Source: Octopus sinensis
Lineage: Eukaryota
Reading direction: 5' to 3'
Length of the DNA: 64,000 bases
NCBI RefSeq assembly: GCF_006345805.1
Contig: NC_042997.1
Coordinates: forward strand, 60,202,001-60,266,000
The notes beneath the pieces are model-generated. The model was not told the DNA's origin. It searched no databases and saw only the letters and a list, made by a program, of their open reading frames with translations. A program made the translations under genes and the position numbers. Below, one piece after another: positions 43,106 to 54,177 of this stretch. Position 1 is the first letter of the stretch. Each line of letters starts with the position of its first letter.

Positions 43106-43705
43106 AAGGCGGCGAGCTGGTAGAAACGTTAGCACGCCGGGCGAAATGCTTAGCGGTATCGTCTGCCGTTACGTTCTGAGTTCAAATTCCGCCGAGATCG
43201 ACTTTGCCTTTCATCCTTTCGGGGTCGATAAATTAAGTACCAGTTACGCACTGGGGTCAATGTAATCGACTTAATCCATTTGTCTGTCCTTGTTTGTCCC
43301 CTCTATGTTTATCCCTCTGTGGGCAATAAAGAAAGAAACGTTAGCACGCCGGGCGAAATGCTTAGCGGTATTTCGTCTGCCGCTACGTTCTGAGTCCAAA
43401 TTCCGCCGAGGTCGACTTTGCCTTTCATCGTTTCGGGGTCGATTAAATAAGTACCAGTTACGCACTGGGGTCGATATAATCGACTTAATCCGTTTGTCTG
43501 TCCTTGTTTGTCCCCTCTGTGTGTAGCGTCTTTTGGGCAGTAAAGAAATTGGTATTTCGTCTGTCTTTACGTTCTGAGTTCAAATTCCGCCGAGGTTGAC
43601 TTTGCCTTTCATCCTTTCGAGGACGATAAATTAAATACCAGTTGCGTACTGATCGACTGGCCCCACTCTCCAGAAATTTCGGGCCTTGAGCCTAGAGTAG
43701 AAAAG
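43106..43705 (+). mobile_element. Head-to-tail SINE trimer within one 17-bp TSD
   Basis: Three copies of the core TTTGCCTTTCATCCTTTCGGGGTCGATAAATTAAGTACCAG. AATATTTTG(T/A)CTGGGAT at 43089-43105 and 43706-43722. Confidence 0.9.
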
Positions 43706-43822
43706 AATATTTTGACTGGGATCATATCTGTCCCAGAGGCAGTACTTATTATCTCAAGAACAGAAAATAAAAACATTATCCCTAAACTTATTTGTCAATA
43801 ACCGTGAGTACAATTTTCACAA

Positions 43823-43864
43823 TTTGTCTGATGAGAGTTGTTCAACTTGAAACTATAAGACAAA
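43823..43864 (+). ncRNA. Degenerate hammerhead ribozyme motif
   Basis: UUUGU-CUGAUGA-GAGUU(GUUC)AACUU-GAAAC-UAUAAG-ACAAA. Stems I and II and both core strands are present, but there is no NUH triplet. Confidence 0.5.
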
Positions 43865-44986
43865 GGTACTAAAAGAGTTTTGATGACATCACTTCCCTGA
43901 CATTCTGTGCATAAACTAGAAACCACATTCTCTTCACGGACGAGGAAGTAATCGCCTCATAAACAAGGACTTTTGTGTGCTTTGTTAAGATTTGTTTCTT
44001 TCTTAATAGAAAGACCAAATTGTCTGACGTTGTCCCATTGTTCTGAGATATTTCTGAAGATAGTTCATGTCAGTTCCTGTCACATGTTGATTTCTTCTTT
44101 TAGAGCTGAATAAACAATTCGGGAATTATAAAAAGTTTTCATGAGTAACAGTTGGTAAGCGAAAAAAATGAATAGTTACTAATACGATTGTGCTAATTGC
44201 AGTATTTTAGACAACCAAACAGAATCCAGATGTTTGAGAATTTTATCTGCTAGCTAAAAACAAACCGGGGAAAGAATTTTAAAACAAGCATTTGGAAAGG
44301 ATTTAGAACACTGTCTAAAAATATATTACTTTCATTTATATATATAGAAAATTTTTAATACCTCCTACCTTTTAACACTTGTCATTTTAACATAAATCAT
44401 TGTAGTAAGATCAAATCTTGATCTGACATTTCAAACTATAGTAATATTAGGAATTAATCCACAAAATGCATCACTTATAGCATTTAATTCAATACTTTAA
44501 TAAATTCTGCTCCAGAAAGGAAATGAACCATTTGTGAAAGAAAGTCAATATAGCTACCAATACAAAGACTATAGACTATTGCATTTGTTTTCAAATTTGT
44601 GGATAAATTTACAGACAATGACTGTCAACATTCTAAATCTAGCATCGATACACTTAACACAAATGAAAGAACTGAAGGAAATAAAATTACACTTAATATT
44701 TCGGACAGCAAAATCCATCCCAACATAAAAAGTTAAGTATTTCGCCAACTAGGCTGTTCTAATCTCAAAGCCTTTTGGTCATTGATATACTTGCTTGAAG
44801 CGATGGGGGCTTTCGGACACAGCAAAAGCAAAAACTAACTACAGGGGGATTTGTGAATAAAGCATTTGAAACAGAACAAATTTTTTCTTATATATTTTCT
44901 ACTGATTTTATTCATTGGACAACTACCACACTGGGGCAACCATAAACACGGACACAAACACAACCTTTCACCATATATAATATTTA

Positions 44987-45017
<31 letters not shown>

Positions 45018-45436
45018 ATACCAGCGATTATAATTATTTTTATTTTATCGCAATTTAATTTGTTTATATATATATATATATATACTCTTACACACACATA
45101 CATAAACACACACACACACACAAACGTGCTTCTTCACAGTTTTCTCCTAACAAATTGCAAGTGTAATGTATTGGTCAATCCGAGGCTATCGTAGAAAATA
45201 ATTGCAATCTTTCACGCAGACTGAAGTGAACTTCTAAAACACAAGGTCACGTCTACACTATTTACAAATGATTACAGTTTAATTCAGTATATTTTTCAGG
45301 AGAGATATTCTGTCTAAAATCAGCTACAATGACAGATGCTTGTTTACGTATGTACATTTATATAACCATACATGCGCGGGCGTATACGTATTAATGGGTG
45401 TATGTAAGTATATATATATATATACATATACATACT

Positions 45437-45470
<34 letters not shown>

Positions 45471-45516
45471 TATATATATATATATACGCGAGAAAGAAGC
45501 AACAAGAATGGATAGG

Positions 45517-45606
45517 TTTTAGTACGATCGTTCATACAAGGACAGGTTTTATTAAAAGTTGCAAAGATTACAGCATATAAACGAGTCCCGTACTCATCAG
45601 CTAAAA
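45517..45606 (-). ncRNA. Hammerhead ribozyme, left-arm copy (GAAC in place of GAAAC)
   Basis: Mirror of 45838-45927 with one A missing from the core. Confidence 0.7.
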
Positions 45607-45837
45607 TACATGTAAGTTCTCTAGACATCCTAGTGTTTGAGGCTATACTCATGAAGTAATGTAGATAATTAAACGATTTCTAAAGTTCATTAAAGTTCTT
45701 TAAGATAAAGTTCTCTGTGATAAGACTATACATCATCTTTAAAGAACTTTAATGAACTTTAGAAATCTGTTTAATTATCTACATTACTTCATGAGTATAG
45801 CCTCAAACACTAGGATGTCTAGAGAACTTACATGTAG

Positions 45838-45927
45838 TTTAGCTGATGAGTACGGGACTCGTTTATATGCTGTAATCTTTGCAACTTTTAATAAAACCTG
45901 TCCTTGTATGAAACGATCGTACTAAAA
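45838..45927 (+). ncRNA. Type I hammerhead ribozyme with canonical core
   Basis: UUUAG-CUGAUGA(45843-49)-GUACGGGAC...GUCCUUGUAU-GAAAC(45910-14)-GAUC-GUA^-CUAAA. Stem III ACGAUCGU is palindromic; predicted cleavage after 45921. Confidence 0.85.
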
Positions 45928-46071
45928 ACCTATCCATTCTTGTTGCTTCTTTCTCGCTTATAATCACCCCACATTACTGTATTGTTAAATCAGTATGGTT
46001 TTTTTTTGGTGCATCTAAGTTAGGTACCATATTCAGTAAATTTTTAAATTAACTTGAATCTTTATTGCTCT

Positions 46072-46112
<41 letters not shown>

Positions 46113-46244
46113 CATATGTGTGTATATATATATAAGCATATACAAATGTAGATACATATACACGCATTTTATATTATCTAATACTACATACAGTCATATG
46201 TTTGTAAGTACATCTGTTTGTCTGTCTGTATACTTATATATATA

Positions 46245-46300
<56 letters not shown>

Positions 46301-48490
46301 GTATGTATGTATATACTTGTATATTTCTCATACAATTATTCATCGTTTTAAAAGATTAAGTAGACGCTAATTAACTTAATTATTGCTGAAATATATGATA
46401 ACCTTTTGGAAATGCCGAAACGATTTTGCCTGGATGCGGAAGTGTAAACAATTTCTGGGTGATCTGAATTAATTCTGAATTCATTGAAGTCTTTATTTCT
46501 TTTTAGATCTCTTCAATTCCGCCACTATACCTTTAGTGCTGGGTAGAATATAGCTAAAATATACTGATGTGTCAAACGAGTGCTACTACGGCCCAGCAGT
46601 TAATGGAGTTCTACAATATACAAATATGTCATCGAAATTTTCCTTTTCTTATCTACAACATTAAATCATTTCTGAAACATGCCATCAAAGAAGCTTCACT
46701 ATTACACAAGAGAACTTCTGTTATAGTCATGGGCAACCTACAGCTCGCGGGAATAAATGAATGGCAAGCCTAACGTAAAATTACTTTCTCTTTTTTTAGC
46801 AGAGCGGCTCGCCGGATTATCAAACGTGTCTGTCGCATGTCACCTCCTTCTCGTAAAGGGCTGACTATGTCCATACTTTGCTGTTATTCACTTGCTTAGC
46901 CATATTTTCTTAAAGTATCTCGCTGTCATATAAAAGGAAGGGGGCAACTGTTAACGTTATCATTATAGATTGAACCTGAAAAAGATAAAAGTACAAAACA
47001 CAATGACTAAAGTTGGAACATCATAATTCTATTCAACAACAAAAACAATAATTCTGAAAACAATATCCAACGAATAAAGATTAATTATGATATTGTTCTT
47101 GGAAGTTGATGCATCCTATCCCGATTCCATCTGATCGTTGAATCCCCACCGAAAACATTTCATTTGAGTAAAGCGTAAATCTGCCTAAAGTTTTCATGAT
47201 GATTATTTCAGTCGTGATGAGTATTTCAAATGAACTATATTTTCGTTGAGTCATATAGTACATAGCCAAGTATTCTGCAAGCATTTTTTAATCTTAACGT
47301 AATCCCCAGACACAATTCACCCTCTATAGTATGTAATAAAGTCAGTCATCTCAATTTACAAGTGTAGCTTATTCAATGAGCTTCCACGAACTTTCTACTC
47401 AGTTTCATTCACATAACTTGAGTCAACCTGAAATTATAGTTTAAGACACAGTGATGCGCAAAAGGATCTAAAAATACTTGTGTATAGACATTTATTTATT
47501 TAAAACATTGAAGAACTTAAACTAACGAAGACTATTCCTTTTTAAGTTATAATTAAGCAAATTGAAAACTTTCACAAAGTGATAGCTAACAAAATATCTT
47601 GAGACTTATAAAAATAAACTAAACTTCCTTGTGTATTGCCTTATAATTTGCAATAAATACCACACATGTATACAAATCAGGTTGAAAGTGTAGTGATTGA
47701 TATGTACTATCAAATTACTAACCTATTGTACTAATTTTTTAAAACATTGACCAGGTATTATACGCACTCACATCTTTCATGCACACACGCGCGCGCAAAC
47801 ACACACACACACACAGACACACACACACACACACACAGAGTATGTGGTTGAAAGGCAGCACAGATATTTCTCATCATCTCTGACACCGGGGCAAAGGAGG
47901 GAAGTAATTCTTAGACCAGAGACCTAACTTACTGCAAATACTAGCAACAGAATGAGCTCTACTAAAGTTACCCAAGGATCAGGTGATGGTAAAATGCCGA
48001 GTGACGGAGTAATGTCTAGGGACCAAAACCCTTCAACAGGTTTCTTACACGGTTTCCATTCACCAAATTTCATTTACAATGACTTGATCGACCTAAAGTT
48101 ATGGAAGAAGGCCCCTGGCCAAGATGCCGCACAATGAGATTGAACCTGATAAAGCATCGTTTCGAATCGGACTTCTTAACTATAAGAGCTAAGCCTGGTT
48201 GGCATCGGCCTATGGTTTATTTGGTCCTTTGGATAGATAAATAAAATAATTTGAGTCAATGCTTCGACCTTAAACTACGTCGTAATAAAGAATTAACGGT
48301 TCATCTGATGGTGAAACAATTTAATTATCTCTAGTCTAGTCTAGTCTACTTTACTGTAAATCTAACCAATAAGGGTGTATTTATGCGATGTTCCTATATG
48401 CTAAAAATATCAGCCATATCACTTCAGATTGCACTCTGCCATCATAATTAGAGAAACGGGCCGCATGTGACATGGCTCACTATCAGAACC

Positions 48491-48878
48491 TGGTTGGAAG
48501 CACTCCGTCGGTTACGACGACGAGGGTTCCGGTTGATCCGAATCAACGGAACAGCCTGCTCGTGAAATTAACGTGTAAGTGGCTGAGTACTCCACAGACA
48601 CGTGTACCCTTAACGTAGTTCTCGGGGATATTCAGCGTGACACAGAGAGTGACAAGGCCGGCACTTTGAAATACAGGTACAACAGAAACAGGAAGTAAGA
48701 GTGAGAGAAAGTTGTGGTGAAAGAGTACAGCAGGGATCACCACCTTCCCTGCCGGAGCCTCGTGGAGCTTTAGGTGTTTTCGCTCAATAAACACTCACAA
48801 CGCCCGGTCTGGGAATCGAAACCGCGATCCTACGACCGCGAGTCCGCTGCCCTAACCACTGGGCCATTGCGCCTCCAC
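48491..48878 (-). mobile_element. Full-length tRNA-derived SINE with 9-bp TSD
   Basis: Head GTGGAGGCGCAATGGCCCAGTGGTTAGGGCAGCGGACTCGCGG...GGTTTCGATTCCC. ATCAGAACC at 48482-90 and 48879-87. Confidence 0.9.
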
Positions 48879-49135
48879 ATCAGAACCATACTATTAAAAA
48901 GATTGAAAGTAATTTTTCTTTAAACTTGCCATTCAGAAAGTATCGTGGGCCGCAAATTGCCCACGATAGAACTAGACAGTACATATCGGATTATCTGGTT
49001 ATAAAAGATAAAAAGATAGAAAATGTTTATTTTTATTCCACATCTATAAAAAATGTCTCCACATTTTTCTCAGTCTTGTACGTTTCGCTGTGTGTGCGTC
49101 TGTCGGTCTGTATCTGTCTCTATGTGCGTATGTGC

Positions 49136-49174
<39 letters not shown>

Positions 49175-49250
49175 TGTGTATGTGTCTGTGCTTGTGTTAT
49201 TTCTTAAATCATCCAAACAACAAACGGATCCAATAATGATCCAATAATAG

Positions 49251-49640
49251 GCGCAGGAGTGACTGTGTGGTAAGTAGCTTGCTTACGAACCACATGGTTC
49301 CGGGTTCAGTCCCATTGCGTGGCACTTTGGGCAAGTGTCATCTACTATAGCCTCAGGCCGACCAAAGCCTTGTGAGTGGATTTGGTAGACGAAAACTTAA
49401 AGAAGCCCGTCGTATATATGTACGTGTGTATATGTATATATATATATGTGTATATTGACAACCGATGCTGGTGTGTTTACGTCCCCGTAACCTAGCGGTT
49501 CGGCAAAAGAGACCGATAGAATAAGTACCAGGCTTACAAAGAGTAAGTCCTGGGATCGATTTTCTCGACTAAAGGCGGTGCTCCAGCATGGCCGCAGTCA
49601 AATGACTGAAACAAGTAAAAGAGTAGAAGAGTAGAAGAGT
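49251..49640 (+). mobile_element. Complete bipartite SINE with internal (TA/TG)n linker
   Basis: tRNA-like head, microsatellite at about 49413-49455, second half with GACCGATAGAATAAGTACC core, and a repeated AGAGT tail. Confidence 0.9.
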
Positions 49641-50434
49641 AAAGTTTACATAAGTTTACTTTTAATAAATTATCAAAGATAAAGCCATGTGAATAACAGA
49701 ATAACAGAATGTGAATAACAGAATAACGTATGTGAATAACAGAAACATACAGTAAATGGATCGCCTTCAGTCTCGACAATGATTATATTGACTTGTCCGA
49801 TCAAACCTCTTACTCATTGAAATAGCGTGTAGGTGGCCTACAGCTTTCATAGACATGCATATACTTAATGTAAATCCTGAGGCAAAATCAGATTGACAAA
49901 GGGGCGACAAATCAGGACATTTTGAATTATGGGGAAAATCCACAGTAGTCCTGGTATTCATACTGAATGGATTTTATTTCAGAATGATTTGTGAAAACCA
50001 AATACTTGTACAATATGTTTAGTCTTTATGTGCGTGTGAGTGTGCATGAAAGTGTTCATGTGCCTGTGTGCGTGCGTGTGCATGGACGTGTGTGCTTGAG
50101 AATTACGTAAACGTTATTGTTGTTGTTGTTGTTTAGTTTAGCCACATGTGAGTTCTCATTCAGGCATGGCCAAATGCAATTCATTCTGTCCTTTTTCTAT
50201 GTGTACGAAACTGTACAACATACTATCCAATGCATCTTTTTCTAAGACGGTTAACTGCAATTTGAGGGAGATTTGTCTATTTTTAACAGGTCAAACGACC
50301 GCGTTCACCATCGGGTACATTTTTCAGTGGGATACTCATCTACTAATATAATAATTCCACAAATGGGCAATACCACTGTTTGAACACTTGGGATACGGAT
50401 CGCCAAATCCACGGAGAATCCATTTATTTACAGT

Positions 50435-50479
<45 letters not shown>

Positions 50480-51009
50480 ATACAGCAAAAAGAAAATTCT
50501 AAGAGATTTGATGGAAATGCTGTCTTGAAAAAAGTTGTTTCGCTATTTGAATACAAAGATTTGGTGAGTGTTGATGTGGAAAATGTTTGCTATAACATAC
50601 GTCGTATATGGAAGGTCAACGACTTAGAATCCTCTCTGTTAAAAGTATGTTATTGCTGCTGGGAAGAAAGCAGACAAGTGAAAATTGTTCCAAAGTATGT
50701 CGCAGATAATGATAACGATGACGATGGCAAAGACGGTGTGGATGGCGCTGGTTTAGGCAGCAAGTAAAGAGTAGTAAATATGAGGCGAGGATTGAGGGTA
50801 GGCCGGTGATAGTGCTTATGATAATTAAAAAGTTCAAGGATTAAATGTTCGTAGTAGCAATGTGAAGGGGTTTTGTTATACAGATTGAAAATGCGAGCTG
50901 TCTTGTAATAATGTTGAAAGTAACTGCCAGTCAGTAAACTTCTTTCATGAATCAAACACTGAACACTTTGAAACAAAATGTGAACCCTGAACGTGCATAT
51001 ATATATATA

Positions 51010-51560
51010 TATTCTTTTTATTCTGTTATTTGTTTCTGTCATTTGACTGTGGCCATACTGAAGCACAGCCTTAAAAAGTTTTAGTCGAAGAAATCGGCCT
51101 TAGAGCGTATTCTTTGTAGGCCTGTTACTTATTCTATCGGTCTCTTTAGCCGAACCGCTACGGGGACATAAACAAACCAACATCGGTTGTCAAGTGATGG
51201 TGGGGGGACATACACTGATACAAAGACTCACACCCATAAATATGTATGTATGTGTCTGTGTTTGCTCCCCCACCATCGCATGACAACCAATGTCGGTGTG
51301 TTTATGTCCCCGTAACTTAGCGGTTTGGCCAAAGACCGATAGAATAAGTAACAGGCATACAAAGTATACGCCTAAGGGACGATTTCTTCGACTAAAATCT
51401 TTTAAGGTTGGGAAGCAATCTTCTTACTACACAGCCACACTTGGCCATGCTGGGGCATTCCTTGAAGTATTTTCGTTGACTGAATCGAATCCAGTACTTA
51501 TATTTTTAAGCCTGGTACTTATTCTATCGGCATCTTTCGCTGAACCGATGAGTTACTTGT
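51010..51560. mobile_element. Cluster of SINE second halves in alternating orientation
   Basis: Three partial matches to 49456-49625 in the order minus, plus, minus. Confidence 0.7.
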
Positions 51561-51698
51561 TATCGAGCAGTAGTAGCGGACAACACTGAAAGAAAGATAA
51601 ACGCACATTCATCCATCCCTCCATCCATCCATCCATCCATCCATCCATCCATACATACATACATACATACATACATACAAGTGTGTGTATGTATGTAT

Positions 51699-51740
<42 letters not shown>

Positions 51741-51792
51741 CATGTATGTATGTATGTATGTATGTATGCATGTATGTATGTATGTATGTGAG

Positions 51793-51837
<45 letters not shown>

Positions 51838-52005
51838 ATATATATATAATATATATAAAATTCCAATATGGAGCAACTTATTCAGAAAAAAAATATTTGC
51901 GAATGCGAAGATATCATTGACTCTATTATTATCTAGTGTAACCATTAAAAATTATAATAACAGATTCAACAATATAGGTGATTGCAGGCTCCCAAAAAGC
52001 ATTAA

Positions 52006-52130
52006 ATAGCTGAAGGATTAAAATTAATTAAAGGACATACTAAGTATGTCTATCTGTTGGAAATAAGTTTTGACTGTTATTTCCAGGTAGACATACTTAG
52101 TATGTCCTTTGATTAATTTTAATCCTTCAG

Positions 52131-52134
<4 letters not shown>
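52006..52134. repeat. Short palindrome with ~58-bp arms and 10-bp spacer next to (TA)n
   Basis: ATAGCTGAAGGATTAAAATTAAT...GGAAATAA and its inverted copy; each arm has an internal GACATAC-TAA/TTA-GTATGTC hairpin. Confidence 0.85.
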
Positions 52135-52203
<69 letters not shown>

Positions 52204-52371
52204 AGCTATTAATTAGACATGGCCTGGACCAATCTTTGGTCGAAACATATCTAAGTTTTATCTAAGTTTTATATACATTGTACATTTAAACACAAAAGAG
52301 ATATCCATCATACATGCTAGGCCACAGGTAGTAAAAATTTCTAAAATATTTATTACCCTGATACTATTAAT

Positions 52372-52402
<31 letters not shown>

Positions 52403-52448
52403 TTGTGTGTACATATATATATGTATAAATATATGTGTATGTATATGT

Positions 52449-52518
<70 letters not shown>

Positions 52519-52593
52519 CAATGCATAATATATCCGAATATCCGAAAAAGAAGCATACTCTAAAGCATAGAGCAGGAAAGTATTAACGTAATA

Positions 52594-53514
52594 ATGTCTG
52601 GTCATAGAGTGATGAATGGTTTCGCATCACGAAGGCTGTAGCTTCGTGGTCGACTTATCAGACTCTAGTCCGAAGAGAAATTTAACTCTCCACCACTGGA
52701 AGGTGGAAAGCTGTTACGGCGATAATAGCACCAAGACTCCGGCCAGGGACGACCGCTACAACGATGATAACCACAGTGACTGCAGCCCCAACCACATCGC
52801 TAGATCCGCACGTCGTAATAATAACAGCACTGATGGCAGCCTCACTAATACCGGTGGCAGCATCTCCAGGCCCAGAGCCAACCGGAGATGCACTAGTAAT
52901 CTGAGCACAACCAGCATCCAAGCCTGGGAATTAATCAGATCAGTCGGAACGACATTCGAGCAACGCTTGTACAACCACATGTTCTCCTTCAGGGTTCCAG
53001 AAAGACGATTCGTCACATCCATGGCCAGCCATGTGTGGTGGCTCAAAGATGAAGGGACCCCATACGATATCGAGTGGAAGATCTTAGAACGGCCGGGTCC
53101 CAACAATAACGGGAAAGTTTATTGCAAGCTCTGCATAGCTGAGCGTGTTAAGATACTCAAAGACTCCTTGAAACCTGCGTCGCTGAATACACACCTAGAA
53201 ATCTTCACATCGCGCATCCACTTCAAGCGCTACCTGCTGCAAACATGGGATTCTCCGTCCGCTGACCAAACACGGTAGAGTCCTTACTATCCATTATCCA
53301 CTTATCCTTCTCCCCAAATAGTTGGTCTAGGAGAGATAACCCGTTCTCACTAACGCTGGACTTTTATTCTATAATGACCAATTGACCAATGATCGTAACA
53401 GGTTTCCACTTCCCAAAGATGAAGAGTTAAATTTGTCTTCGGACTAGAGTCTGATGAGTCGTCAACGAAACTACAATCTTAATGGATTCGAAAGCATTGG
53501 TTTCTCTATGACCA

Positions 53515-53519
<5 letters not shown>
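52594..53519 (+). mobile_element. Penelope-like element fragment (GIY-YIG C-terminus) with ~100-bp inverted hammerhead-bearing termini
   Basis: SVGTTFEQRLYNHMFSFR...SHVWWLK...IEWKILE...YCKLCIAERVKIL...LNTHLEIF. 52594-52690 is an inverted homolog of 53423-53519; the right end abuts (TA)n. Confidence 0.8.
53445..53508 (+). ncRNA. Type I hammerhead ribozyme (near-intact)
   Basis: UAGAGU-CUGAUGA-GU(CGUCA)AC-GAAAC...GUU^UCUCUA. The inverted copy at 52605-52667 has a perfect UAGAGU/ACUCUA stem I but a mutated core. Confidence 0.7.
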
Positions 53520-53561
<42 letters not shown>

Positions 53562-53759
53562 TACCAAATCCAATCGCTAATCTTTGGTAGGTCCGAGGCT
53601 ATAGTAGAAGGTACTTCCTCAAGGTGTTACGTAGTGAAACTAAACAGGAATCTGCGTGGTTGGGAAGCAAACTTCTTAAAAATACAGCCACGCCATATAC
53701 ACACATACATATGGATACACGTACGCACGCACACACACACAATTACACAAACACATATC

Positions 53760-54012
53760 ACGTGACCTACCAGATGATCAGATGTTGTTACACATCGCGG
53801 GTCACGATGCGCTTTGCATCGTTTTAGCCTTTGAATAATGCCACCCCACTGGCTAGGCAAGCAGGCCAAAATTCCCACCGGATTGGAAGGGAGGCTGGAG
53901 CAACTTGAAATGAAATGTTTTGCTCAAGAACGCAAAACACCACTCGATAGGAGATTCGAATCTACGATTTATCGATCGTGAGTGCAACAGCCTAACCACT
54001 GGGCCACTTGTC
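53760..54012 (-). mobile_element. tRNA-derived SINE (decayed)
   Basis: GAGATTCGAATC B-box on + as reverse complement; 3' body shared with 24581-24863. Confidence 0.7.
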
Positions 54013-54093
54013 TTCATGTGTGTGCGTGTGTGTTTATGTATACGCACAGACACACACATGAAAGGCAAAAGAACAAAGTTACATTATTGCATT

Positions 54094-54177
54094 CATTAAC
54101 TTACAGCTGTTTCTCAGGAACTCTGCAACCAGAAGGGAATGCCAGCACGAAATCTTGCAGCTTCATCAGAGTAATAC
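54094..54177 (-). ncRNA. Type I hammerhead ribozyme (one lesion at the stem II/GAAA junction)
   Basis: UAUUACU-CUGAUGA-AG-CUGCAA...UUGCAG-AGUUCCU-GA-GAAAC-AGCU-GUA^AGUUAAUG. Stem III ACAGCUGU is palindromic. Confidence 0.7.

Larger units (their letters stand above)
45488..45957. repeat. Palindromic element with ~220-bp arms and 28-bp spacer, each arm carrying a hammerhead
   Basis: 45488-45706 is the reverse complement of 45735-45957 with about 5 differences; it abuts (TA)n on the left. Confidence 0.92.

Noticed and set aside
47030-47720. Possible Helitron/PIF1 helicase remnant (FGGD, VVID-like)
   Set aside because: The motifs are too short, lie on opposite strands and have no continuity.
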